This document shows, piece after piece, positions 44,059-52,724 of a stretch of 64,000 nucleotides of DNA; positions within the stretch are counted from its first letter, which is position 1, and each line of letters begins with the position of its first letter. The stretch comes from a virus: positions 6,648 through 70,647 of IMG/VR virus record IMGVR_UViG_3300046791_000443; one strand, 5' to 3'. Position numbers and translations under genes: made by a program. The notes beneath the pieces are model-generated. The model did no database searches, was not told where the DNA came from, and saw only the letters and a program-made list of their open reading frames with translations.

Positions 44059-44673
44059 ATGCCTGCCAGGAACAGCACCCAGCGTCAGCGTCCGCGTCAT
44101 GTTTTCGAGACCGAGATGGACTATCACGACGGCAGCGGGGCGGTGAAGGTCAAGCACCGGGCCAAGGTCGTCCACGCCCGCAGGGCGGTCAATCTGATCC
44201 TCACCGTTGCCGATATCGAGGAGTCACTGGCCCTTAACGGCACCGGTAACTCGATGCTCTGCGCGATGAGCCAGAGCTGCAAGCGCCAGAAGAACCAGTT
44301 CCCGCACCCCTTCCTGGGGCCGATCGACTGGCTCTACAAGACCACCTTCGTGGCCACTGCCAAGGATGGCGACGGCAGGATCACCAAGTGCGTGAAGTAC
44401 GAACACCGCGACGACATCGCCAAGCTGTTCGACAAGCCGGCCGGTCTGCGCAAGCTGATCGCGCGGGCCCAGGCGAACGACGGCAAGATCGCGGTCAGGC
44501 TGATGCCGCCGCGCAACCGTGCCGGCGAGAGCCGCCAGGGCGGCAACGTCCGCAACCCGACCGGCGCCCGCACGCGGCCGACCGACCTGGGCCGGGCCAG
44601 CAATCGCCGCTTTGCCGAGGTGCTGGCCGGTCGTGGGGTGTCGCTGCGGCCGGTGATCGAGGCTGCAGCCTAG
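44059..44673 (+). CDS. Hypothetical basic protein
   Basis: GAGGAG Shine-Dalgarno before MPARNS; TTGACA near 43986; divergent from the early operon. Confidence 0.65.
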   Translation: MPARNSTQRQRPRHVFETEMDYHDGSGAVKVKHRAKVVHARRAVNLILTVADIEESLALNGTGNSMLCAMSQSCKRQKNQFPHPFLGPIDWLYKTTFVATAKDGDGRITKCVKYEHRDDIAKLFDKPAGLRKLIARAQANDGKIAVRLMPPRNRAGESRQGGNVRNPTGARTRPTDLGRASNRRFAEVLAGRGVSLRPVIEAAA

Positions 44674-44695
44674 GCCCTGGGGGCGGCCCTGTGGA

Positions 44696-46015
44696 CTACC
44701 TCCGCAGGGCCGCCCACAGCCCGTCCTGGGTGCGGTTCTTCGACCAGGCCATGTTGATGACCGCCTGGTCGACCGTCTGCCTGGCGGCGAGCTCGTAGCT
44801 GTAGACCAGGTCGCTCGCCTGGCCGCGGCGCTGCAGCCGGCCGATCGTCTGGTCGTAGAGCTCGAGGTCGTCCGGCGTCTGCCACCAGATGATGCTGTTG
44901 CCGCCTCCCTGGAGGTTGAGGCCGTGCCCGGCCGAGGCCGGATGGATCCCCATCACCGGCAGCCGGCCGGCGTTCCAGTCCGCGATCGTGGCCTCGTCGT
45001 TGGTGCTGCTGCCGCCGATGAAGGGCAGCCCAGGCCACCGCCGCAGCATCATGGCGAGCTGCTCGCGGAACTCGTAGGCGATCAGGGTCGGCCGTCCGTT
45101 CTGCTCTTCCAGAATTTCCTCGATTGCCTCGAGGCGATAGCCATCAAGACCCACAGGGTCACCAGCATTATCGTAAACGAAACCGCTGGCCATCTGTCGA
45201 AGCTTGCCGCGCAGCACGCCGTTGTTGCCGGCGATGATGTCGTGGTCAGACAAGACGCTGGTCCGCCGAAAATCGTCGTACTGCTGGCGCAGAGCGGCGG
45301 GGAGATCGAGCTCGATGGGAGGCCTGACGATCGTGGGTAGCTCAACGGCGTCGTCCTCCAGCACATAGGTCCAGGGCTTGATGATGTCGGCCAGCTCGGC
45401 GGGCGTGTCCTTGAAGGCGCACCAGCGGTGCTGCTCGTAGTCTTCCGGGTAGAAGTACTGGCGCAACCACTTGTCGTAGTTCCGGCCGAACATGTTGAGG
45501 CCGACGGTCGCCGCCATGCCGTAGAGGCTGGTCAGCCCGTTGGGCGCCGGCGTGCCGGTGCCGCCGCTCTTGATGCCGAAGCCCCTGGTGAGGTCGCGCA
45601 TCTCCTTCTGGCGCTTGCCGGTGCCGTTGCGCCAGCGGCTGAGCTCGTCGAACACGATCGCGTCGCAGCCGTGCGTGCCGTCCGCGACGATCTTGCAGGC
45701 CATCTCGACGTTCACGACCAGGATGTCGGTCTGCGCCTGGACGGCATCGCGCTGGCGCCTGGCCGTCATCTCGCCGGTGCAGAGGACCATCGACAGCGGG
45801 ATGCTCCACTTGTCGCGCTCCTGGCGCCACACGTTGTTGACGACGCGCAGCGGCGCCACGACCATGACGCGCCTGGCCGCCTTGCTCTCGAGCCAGTCCT
45901 GCATCGCCATCAGGTAGGCCAGCGTCTTGCCGGTCCCCATCCTGGCGAACAGCATCGAGTGATCGCGCTCGAACACGAACTGGCTGGCGTCGACCTGGTA
46001 GTTGGCGGGCTTCAT
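44696..46015 (-). CDS. SNF2-like superfamily 2 helicase
   Basis: YQ, MGTGKT, VVAPLRV, VFDELS, TGTP.PNG, KLRQMASG, HPASAGHGLNLQ, Q..GRL.R.GQ. Confidence 0.92.
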   Translation of the reverse strand: MKPANYQVDASQFVFERDHSMLFARMGTGKTLAYLMAMQDWLESKAARRVMVVAPLRVVNNVWRQERDKWSIPLSMVLCTGEMTARRQRDAVQAQTDILVVNVEMACKIVADGTHGCDAIVFDELSRWRNGTGKRQKEMRDLTRGFGIKSGGTGTPAPNGLTSLYGMAATVGLNMFGRNYDKWLRQYFYPEDYEQHRWCAFKDTPAELADIIKPWTYVLEDDAVELPTIVRPPIELDLPAALRQQYDDFRRTSVLSDHDIIAGNNGVLRGKLRQMASGFVYDNAGDPVGLDGYRLEAIEEILEEQNGRPTLIAYEFREQLAMMLRRWPGLPFIGGSSTNDEATIADWNAGRLPVMGIHPASAGHGLNLQGGGNSIIWWQTPDDLELYDQTIGRLQRRGQASDLVYSYELAARQTVDQAVINMAWSKNRTQDGLWAALRR

Positions 46016-46296
46016 TCGGGCTTCCTGAACTTGATGACCTCGGCGCTGGCCGGGAACCGCTTGCGGAACCGGACCATAGCCTCGTGGTGCTGGCGCAGCG
46101 CGTCGCGTTGCGCCCACAGCTCCATGTCGATCGCGAGCTGACGCGCGCGGGCGACCTCGCCCAGGTCACCGTCGGGCGCGTGGCCCTTGGCGATCGCGAG
46201 CTCGCGTCGGCGCGCCCACTGGCGGATCAGGCTGGGCGCCAGCGGGTCGCTGGCGCGCAGCACGAAGGTTGGCTCGACGAGCTCGAGCTTGGACAT
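46012..46296 (-). CDS. Conserved phage hypothetical protein
   Basis: EP.FVLRA.D.LAP..IR.WA; ATGA-coupled to the helicase. Confidence 0.6.
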   Translation of the reverse strand: MSKLELVEPTFVLRASDPLAPSLIRQWARRRELAIAKGHAPDGDLGEVARARQLAIDMELWAQRDALRQHHEAMVRFRKRFPASAEVIKFRKPE

Positions 46297-46298
46297 GG

Positions 46299-46580
46299 TC
46301 ACCCCCGCTTGCGGCAGATGGCACAGAACTGCGTGTACGACGCCACCTCCCAGGCCGGGATCCCCATCGCCGTGAGGTAGGTCTGCCAGTGCAGCTGCAT
46401 GGCCGACTTGCGTCCGGTGCCCTTCGGATGTTTGAACTCGAGAAAGGCTGCGAACCTGGGCAGGATCAGCAGACGATCGTGGAAGCCGCGCGTTCCCGGC
46501 GTCCTGATCTTGAGAAGGCGGCCTCCCTGGGCCTCGGCGTAGGTCCGACATTTCTTTTCAAGGTCACGTTCCAGGGCCAT
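46299..46580 (-). CDS. VRR-NUC domain nuclease
   Basis: E..LE, G..DRLL, F.EFK..K.G....Q PD-(D/E)XK pattern. Confidence 0.85.
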   Translation of the reverse strand: MALERDLEKKCRTYAEAQGGRLLKIRTPGTRGFHDRLLILPRFAAFLEFKHPKGTGRKSAMQLHWQTYLTAMGIPAWEVASYTQFCAICRKRG

Positions 46581-46692
46581 AATGGGCTCTCCACAGTGGT
46601 GGGACTATAGTGGTGTGTAATTGACACCACTATCGTGGTCAAGTATGACTGCCCGCCACGCTACCCCGAACCTAGAATGAGGAGACCTCCAG
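46581..46692. promoter_or_regulatory. Divergent promoter region with operator-like inverted repeat
   Basis: ATAGTGGTGT (46607-46616) / ACACCACTAT (46624-46633) overlapping TTGACA at 46621; TATGAC 17 nt downstream. Confidence 0.6.
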
Positions 46693-46869
46693 ATGGCCGC
46701 CAGGATGCCAAAAAACAAGAACACAGTCAGGGCGCATGTTCAGATGCCGCCGGCCTGGAAGAGGCTGATCGATCGTGCTGCGCGCGAGCTCAACATGAGC
46801 CGCAGCAATTTCATCGCCAACGCGGCCAAGACCGCCGCCGAGGCGGCGCTCGTCCAGGCGAAGAAGTAG
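46693..46869 (+). CDS. Ribbon-helix-helix DNA-binding protein (58 aa)
   Basis: Read manually: MAARMPKNKNTVRAHVQMPPAWKRLIDRAARELNMSRSNFIANAA...; GAGGAG Shine-Dalgarno. Confidence 0.7.
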   Translation: MAARMPKNKNTVRAHVQMPPAWKRLIDRAARELNMSRSNFIANAAKTAAEAALVQAKK

Positions 46870-46872
46870 CGC

Positions 46873-47979
46873 ATGCCGACCCGTCACGCCGTCTACGGCG
46901 GCTCCAACGCATCGATGTGGCTCAACTGCCCAGGCGGCGTGGCGCTGCGCACCCAGGTGCCGAAGCGGCCCGCCGGCCAGGCCGCGATCCACGGCAGCGC
47001 CCAGCACGAGATCATGGAGCAGCTGCTGCTCGAGCCCAACAACACGCCCGACATGTACGGCGGCGCCGTCATCCTGGGCGTGACGATCGAGCAGGAGCAT
47101 GTCAACGCCGTCGCCCTGGCGCTCGAGGAGTTCCTCAAGATCGAGGAGACCTTCCCCGAGGATGCCATCATCTATTCCGAGCGCGAGGTGGCGCTGAGCG
47201 ACGAGGCCTTCGGCACGCTCGACGCGGCCATCATCCACGGCAAGCGCGCCGCCATCATCGACTTCAAGTTTGGCCAGGAGGAAGTCGAGGCTGACAGCGA
47301 CCAGGGGAAGACCTACGCGGTCTACTGCATGGAGAGCCTGCCGGAGTTCAAGGACGTCGAGGAGATCGAGCTCTACATCATCCAGCCGGCGCTCGACCCG
47401 GCGGTCGACAAGCTGGTCGTCTCGCGCGAGATCATCGAGACCTTCAAGACCACCCTGGTCACCGCCATCCGGGTTTCCAAGCAGCCCCAGGCGCCCTACG
47501 TCGAAGGCGAATGGTGCAAGTACTGCGACGCCAAGCTGGTGTGCCCGCCCAAGACCCAGCGCCTCGAGACGCTGACGGCGCCCAACCACATCCTCGACCT
47601 GGCCGAGCTCGGCGCCCAGCTCAAGAAGATCAAGGCCTGGGAGAAGTGGGCCGACGAGGCCCAGGAGCGGCTGCAGCACGAGATCGAGAACGGCGCCAAG
47701 GGCACCGGCTGGAAGCTGGTCGCCAAGCGCGCCATCCGCAAATGGAAGAGCGAGCCCGACACCGTCGCCATGTTCAGGAAGGCCAAGATCCCGGCCGCCA
47801 AGTACATGGTCACCGAGCTGGTCTCGCCGGCCCAGGCCGAGAAGCTGGTGCCGAAATCCCTGGTCACGCCCCTGGCCAACCCGGTCTCGTCCGGGAACAC
47901 GATTGCCCCAGCCGACGATCGTCGACCGGAAGTGATCAACACCGCGGCGATCGCTGCGGTCTTGAAAAGGATCACCTGA
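46873..47979 (+). CDS. DUF2800-family Cas4-like PD-(D/E)XK exonuclease
   Basis: HA...S....W..CPG, GT.D, IIDFKFG, Q...YA, IIQP, G.WC.YC.....CP, GWKLV. Confidence 0.88.
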   Translation: MPTRHAVYGGSNASMWLNCPGGVALRTQVPKRPAGQAAIHGSAQHEIMEQLLLEPNNTPDMYGGAVILGVTIEQEHVNAVALALEEFLKIEETFPEDAIIYSEREVALSDEAFGTLDAAIIHGKRAAIIDFKFGQEEVEADSDQGKTYAVYCMESLPEFKDVEEIELYIIQPALDPAVDKLVVSREIIETFKTTLVTAIRVSKQPQAPYVEGEWCKYCDAKLVCPPKTQRLETLTAPNHILDLAELGAQLKKIKAWEKWADEAQERLQHEIENGAKGTGWKLVAKRAIRKWKSEPDTVAMFRKAKIPAAKYMVTELVSPAQAEKLVPKSLVTPLANPVSSGNTIAPADDRRPEVINTAAIAAVLKRIT

Positions 47980-48043
47980 TCCTTATGATGCGACTGTCGC
48001 TTAACGGCGGCATTAACCGGTAACACGAAAAGCGAGAACGAAG

Positions 48044-48862
48044 ATGAACGACATCGTGAAGTTTAAAGGTGCGGCTCTGCCTGCGAAGGGTCTAGGTGCC
48101 AATCTGCGCAGCGCGATCATGCGGGCCAAGGACACGGTCGGTGTAGTCGGCAACACGCCATTCCTGCGTCTGACGAAAGGAACCGGTGAGTGGGTCTACG
48201 GAGCTCAGAACACTGACGTTGAAGACAACAGCCTGTGGGCCGTTAACCCGAGCTCGTTCATGGTCGGCTTCATCGCCTGGAAGGGCGGTCGGCCGGTCGG
48301 CAAGAAGATGCGCCCGATCTCCGCGACGCCCGTCACGATCGACGAGCTGCCGGATGTCGGCGCTGACTGGGACGTCAACGTCGGCTTTTCACTGCAGTGC
48401 GTTTACGGTGAAGACAAGGACACGGTCGTCGAATACACCGCCAACTCCTACGGCGGGAAGAAGGCCTACAACGATCTGCTGACCGCTCTGTTCAAGCAGG
48501 CCGAGGTCGATGAGCTCAACATCGTGGCGATTGTCGAGCTGAAGAGCGATTTCTACATCCATCCCGAATGGGGCAAGACCTACAACCCCATTTTTGAAGT
48601 CAAGAAGTGGGTCGGTTACGACGGGGACCAGGCGGGCTCGCCCGAGGCGTCGCCCCCGACTAACGGTGCCGGCACGAAGGAACAGGACCAGGAAGCGCCG
48701 CCGAAGGCTGCGACCAATGGTGCTGCCACCCCTCGCCGCCGGGCTGCCCCGGTGACCGATGTGGAAGACCAGACTGCCAAGCAGCCGGAAAAGGCGGCTT
48801 CTCCTGAGAAGCCCGCGGAACCCGTGCAGCGTCGTAGGCGCCGCGCAGCCGCTCCGGCCTAG
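48044..48862 (+). CDS. Putative ssDNA-binding / annealing protein
   Basis: Between exonuclease and polymerase; FL...K.GEW.YG, VNP.S...GF..W, Y.H..WGK.Y.P.F...W; disordered tail. Confidence 0.65.
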   Translation: MNDIVKFKGAALPAKGLGANLRSAIMRAKDTVGVVGNTPFLRLTKGTGEWVYGAQNTDVEDNSLWAVNPSSFMVGFIAWKGGRPVGKKMRPISATPVTIDELPDVGADWDVNVGFSLQCVYGEDKDTVVEYTANSYGGKKAYNDLLTALFKQAEVDELNIVAIVELKSDFYIHPEWGKTYNPIFEVKKWVGYDGDQAGSPEASPPTNGAGTKEQDQEAPPKAATNGAATPRRRAAPVTDVEDQTAKQPEKAASPEKPAEPVQRRRRRAAAPA

Positions 48863-48873
48863 CGATCGAGACG

Positions 48874-48904
48874 AGAGCCGCAGCGGCAACGCTGCGGCTC
48901 TTCT
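48874..48904 (+). terminator. Strong hairpin (terminator or attenuator) between the SSB-like gene and the polymerase
   Basis: 12-bp stem AGAGCCGCAGCG-GCAA-CGCTGCGGCTCT with a short pyrimidine tail. Confidence 0.55.
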
Positions 48905-48908
48905 CACC

Positions 48909-50975
48909 ATGAAAATCTGCAACTGGGATCTCGAGACCGGCAGCGAGGTCGACCTCACGGTGGTCGGCGCCTACAACTACGCGCGCCACCCGAGCACGCG
49001 CGTCCACATCCTCAAGTACACGTTCAACAAGGCCAGGAAGATGCACACCTGGCACGTTGCCCGCGGTGATGCGCTGCCGGCCGACCTCGATGCCGCCCTG
49101 GACGATCCCGAGATCATGTTCGAGGGCTGGAACGCCAATTTCGAGCGGCTGATCTTCAAGTACGTCCTCGACATCGAGATCCCGATCCGCCGCTTCCGCT
49201 GCACCATGGCGCGGGCCCGTGCGATGGCGCTGCCCGGCTCCCTGGGCCTCTGCGGCCGCGCGCTGCGCGTGGAGTGGCAGAAGGGCGACGACGGCGCGAT
49301 GAAGAAGTGGATGAAGCCGAAGCCCGACGGCACCTGGCACACGCCGGAGAAGGATCCCGAGAGCTACGCCGAGCTCGACCACTACTGCGGCCTCGACGTC
49401 ATCAGCGAGATCGAGATTGGCGACAACCTGCGCGATCTCAGCGACGAGGAGTGGGAGGACTACTGGCTCAACGAGAAGGTCAACGACCGCGGCCTGCCGG
49501 TCGACCTCGAGCTCGCCGCGGCGGCGCAGAGCTACGCCGAGGAGGAGATGCGCGACATCAAGCGCGTGCTCAACGTGCTGACCAGGGGCGCGGTGACGTC
49601 GCCCAAGCAGTTCATCAGGATCAAGGCCTGGCTGAAGGATAACCTGCCACCCGACATGCAGCTCCTGCCCGACGACGAGGGCAAGGTAACCTTCGACCGC
49701 GCCGTGCGGGAGGAGCTGCTGTCGATCGACAACGAGGATGTGATCGCAGGAGATGTCCGTGAATTTATCCAGCTCATTCATGATGGTGGCCGCGCGAGCA
49801 CTGCCAAATTTGCAGCGATGCAACAACGGGCTGATCGAAGTGGTCGCGTTAGAGGATGTTATGTTTTTAACGGCGCCGGACAGACCCACCGCTTCAGCTC
49901 CCACGGGCTTCAGGTCCACAACTTCGTCCGCAAGAAGCTTCAGAACATCGAGGGCGTGGTCGACGCCATCCTTGCCCGAGCCGACCCCGACGAGCTGATC
50001 CGCATCGCCAGCTACGACAAGAACGGCGCCCTGGTGATCGACCCCGGCGAGAGCGAGCCGATCCGCCAGCCCTACGACATCATGACCATCCTGTCGCGCT
50101 GCCTGCGGCCGGCGATCGTGGCCGAGGAAGGCAAGACCCTGGTGTGGGGCGACTGGGAGCAGATCGAGGCGCGCGTGCTGCCCTGGCTGAGCGGCCAGAA
50201 CAGCGCCAGCGAGCTCTTGGAGCTGTTCGCCCGCGGCGAGGATGTCTACCGCCACCAGGCGGCGCTGACCTACGGCGTCAGCCACGCCGCGGTGACCGCG
50301 ACGATGCGCCAGAACGGCGGCAAGATCCCGGTGCTGAGCTTCGGCTTCGGCGGCGGCGCCGGCGCCGTGCTGGCCATGGCGCGGGCCTATGGCGTGTCCC
50401 TGTCCAGGGACGAGGCCGAGACGCTGAAGGTGCGCTGGCGCACCACCAATCCCTGGGCGCAGCGGTTCTGGCTCGATCTCGAGATCGCCGCCTACAACGC
50501 CACCAACCACCCTGATACCGAGCACCACGCCGGCCGCGTGACCTACCTGCACACCCAGGACGTCCTGTGGTGCATGCTGCCGAGCGGCCGCATGCTCGCC
50601 TACCCGTTCGCGCGCGTCGAGGAGATCGAGGGCCGCTTCGGGCCGCAGTCGGTGGTGACGGCGATGAAGGGCAGCTTCCGGCCGAAGAAGGACGAGAAGT
50701 ACTGGCCCCGGATGAAGCTGTGGGGCGGCTTCCAGGCCGAGAACGTCACCCAGGCCGAGGCAGCGTCGCTGCTGCGCTACGGCGCCCGCGAGCTCGACGC
50801 CAACGACTGGAACCTGGTCGGCCACACCCACGACGAGCTGCTGCTCGAGGTGCTCGACGACGAGGTCGAGGAGGCCTCGCTGGCGCTGCACGACATCATG
50901 ACGAATGCGCCGGACTGCTACGCGGGCCTGCCGCTGGCGGCGGCGGTGAAGTCGGGATTTGTCTATGGGAAATGA
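48909..50975 (+). CDS. polA: DNA polymerase family A with 3'-5' exonuclease domain
   Basis: Exonuclease motifs DLET, NANFER, YC..DV; motif A DWEQIEARVL, motif B R...KIPVLSFGFG, motif C HDEL. Confidence 0.93.
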   Translation: MKICNWDLETGSEVDLTVVGAYNYARHPSTRVHILKYTFNKARKMHTWHVARGDALPADLDAALDDPEIMFEGWNANFERLIFKYVLDIEIPIRRFRCTMARARAMALPGSLGLCGRALRVEWQKGDDGAMKKWMKPKPDGTWHTPEKDPESYAELDHYCGLDVISEIEIGDNLRDLSDEEWEDYWLNEKVNDRGLPVDLELAAAAQSYAEEEMRDIKRVLNVLTRGAVTSPKQFIRIKAWLKDNLPPDMQLLPDDEGKVTFDRAVREELLSIDNEDVIAGDVREFIQLIHDGGRASTAKFAAMQQRADRSGRVRGCYVFNGAGQTHRFSSHGLQVHNFVRKKLQNIEGVVDAILARADPDELIRIASYDKNGALVIDPGESEPIRQPYDIMTILSRCLRPAIVAEEGKTLVWGDWEQIEARVLPWLSGQNSASELLELFARGEDVYRHQAALTYGVSHAAVTATMRQNGGKIPVLSFGFGGGAGAVLAMARAYGVSLSRDEAETLKVRWRTTNPWAQRFWLDLEIAAYNATNHPDTEHHAGRVTYLHTQDVLWCMLPSGRMLAYPFARVEEIEGRFGPQSVVTAMKGSFRPKKDEKYWPRMKLWGGFQAENVTQAEAASLLRYGARELDANDWNLVGHTHDELLLEVLDDEVEEASLALHDIMTNAPDCYAGLPLAAAVKSGFVYGK

Positions 50976-51153
50976 GCGACATCGCGGTCGCACAGTGGGG
51001 ACCACAGAACGACAGCATCAGCTTCGCGTCGTAGTAGAGCGGTGCCATGATCGTCCAGGTATGCCGCGGCTTTCTGACTGAGCCCTCGTAGTAGTTGTGC
51101 TCACAGATGGCGCAGCGGCGGCCGCAGACGGCGCAGGACGGCAGCAGGCTCAC
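50896..51153 (-). CDS. Small Cys-rich hypothetical protein
   Basis: CAVC..CAIC...FCGPHC; coupled to the fibre gene, overlaps the end of the polymerase gene. Confidence 0.35.
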   Translation of the reverse strand: MSLLPSCAVCGRRCAICEHNYYEGSVRKPRHTWTIMAPLYYDAKLMLSFCGPHCATAMSLISHRQIPTSPPPPAAGPRSSPAHSS

Positions 51154-52724
51154 GCGCGCAGGCCCATGATGACGAAGGTGCCGGTCATGGTGCCGCCGAC
51201 CCCGGTGAACTTCAGCGCCTGGATCGGCCCGACCGAGTCAAACATGTGGACGGTGTTCAGTCGGACCATGGAGATGTTGCCGACGTCGTTGTGGTGGAAG
51301 GCGCCCGTGACGATCGCCATCTGCCACACCGGGCTCTGCAGGTGGTTGAAGCTCATCTCGAACTGGACGCCGTCGGTGTTGGGCAGCACGCCGACGAGGC
51401 CGAAGAGGTGGGCGGTCGTGTTGGCGGCATAGGCGAAATAATTGAAGCTGGATCCGGCAGTGCTATCCCGGAAACTGTTGATCGACGAGTAGCCGTAGGT
51501 GGCACTGACATCAACGACGCCGCCGCGCACCAGGTTCATCTCGATGCTGGTGCCGTTTACGCTGAACTGCACCTGGGCATAGATCTTGAGCATCTTCACA
51601 TCGCTCGGGAACGCCGCGGTCTGGAACGTCGCCGCGCCCGCCGGATTGATGACCTGCAGGATCTGCCAGGTGTTGGTGCCGATGACCGGCGGGATGTCGG
51701 CGATCGTCGCGATCTGCGAGTTGCCCGACCCAGGCGGCTGCTTGGGCGCCGTCGGCGTGCCTGTGAGGATCGGGCTGTCGGCCAGCACGAAGGGGCCCGT
51801 GCCGGTCGTGGCGCCCACGCCGTTCAGGTCGAGGAAGTCGACCGAGAGGATGTTGGTGGTGTCGTCGTAGAAGAAACTCGCCTCGGCCGCGAAGGAGCCG
51901 GCGGTGGGGCCGTGATACTGGATGTTGCCGGCAGCGCCCGCCGGGCCCGTCGTGATGGTCGAGAGGGGGAACTCGAGGCCACTCGCCGCGATCGTGCCGC
52001 CGACCGAGAGAGCCGCGGTGCCGATCGGGGCGGCGATGTTGATGCCGACCTGGTCGAAGAGCGCACCGAACAGCACGAGCTGGTCGCTGTTGAAGTTGAG
52101 CCCGGCCGCCGCGGTCACCGGCACGCCCGTGATCGTCAGCAGATCGGCTGCGTCGTTGCCCAGGACCGTGTTGCCGGTGACGGTCAGGAGGGGAACGGTG
52201 AGCAGCCCGGTCGTCTTGTCCCAGGTGAAGCCCGCGGTGCCGGACAGGATGCCGTTGTCGTTGAACTGCACCTGGGTGTTGGCGCCGCCCGCCGGCGTGG
52301 CGGTGAAGGCCAGGAACATGCCCGACGCCGAGCCGTCGCAGGTGACCAGGATGTTGGTGCCGGCGGGGATCGGGATTGGCGCCCCGCCCGCCGCCGAGAC
52401 GATCGACACCTGGTTGAAGGTGCCCGTGGTGTCGTTGCGGACGACCCAGATGCCACCGACGCCAACCGGCATGACCAGCGTGACCGCCCCGGTCGGCACA
52501 CCCTGGGCCACGATCTTGAGCGCCTGCCAGTCCGGCGGGACCGGCGCCACGTTGAGCAGCAGCAGACGGACGCCGGTCACGCCGGTCAGATTGATGTTGG
52601 TCGAGCCGCCCAGGGCACGATCGATCGCTGCCCAGTCGGCATTGACCGGGATGTCCCAGCTGTCGACGTAGTCGTTGTTCGCCGGCTGCTCGAGGTTCTT
52701 GTTGGGTGTGAATGCCGAACTCAT
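51150..52724 (-). CDS. Tail fibre / tail protein
   Basis: TPNKNLEQP....W..PVN.DW..ID anchor, GG.NTQVQFND.G motif, LTGTPTAP, IAT. Confidence 0.75.
   Translation of the reverse strand: MSSAFTPNKNLEQPANNDYVDSWDIPVNADWAAIDRALGGSTNINLTGVTGVRLLLLNVAPVPPDWQALKIVAQGVPTGAVTLVMPVGVGGIWVVRNDTTGTFNQVSIVSAAGGAPIPIPAGTNILVTCDGSASGMFLAFTATPAGGANTQVQFNDNGILSGTAGFTWDKTTGLLTVPLLTVTGNTVLGNDAADLLTITGVPVTAAAGLNFNSDQLVLFGALFDQVGINIAAPIGTAALSVGGTIAASGLEFPLSTITTGPAGAAGNIQYHGPTAGSFAAEASFFYDDTTNILSVDFLDLNGVGATTGTGPFVLADSPILTGTPTAPKQPPGSGNSQIATIADIPPVIGTNTWQILQVINPAGAATFQTAAFPSDVKMLKIYAQVQFSVNGTSIEMNLVRGGVVDVSATYGYSSINSFRDSTAGSSFNYFAYAANTTAHLFGLVGVLPNTDGVQFEMSFNHLQSPVWQMAIVTGAFHHNDVGNISMVRLNTVHMFDSVGPIQALKFTGVGGTMTGTFVIMGLRA

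Noticed and set aside
46873-47979. Cas4-like nuclease as a sign of CRISPR-Cas
   Set aside because: No repeat-spacer array or other cas genes; it sits in the usual exonuclease-SSB-PolA replication module
48660-51005. 781-aa minus-strand ORF, and similar long antisense ORFs such as 23656-25620, 14186-15904, 40709-42286, 58328-60127, 60191-61963
   Set aside because: Shadow frames opposite well-supported genes, expected in high-GC DNA; no recognisable motifs
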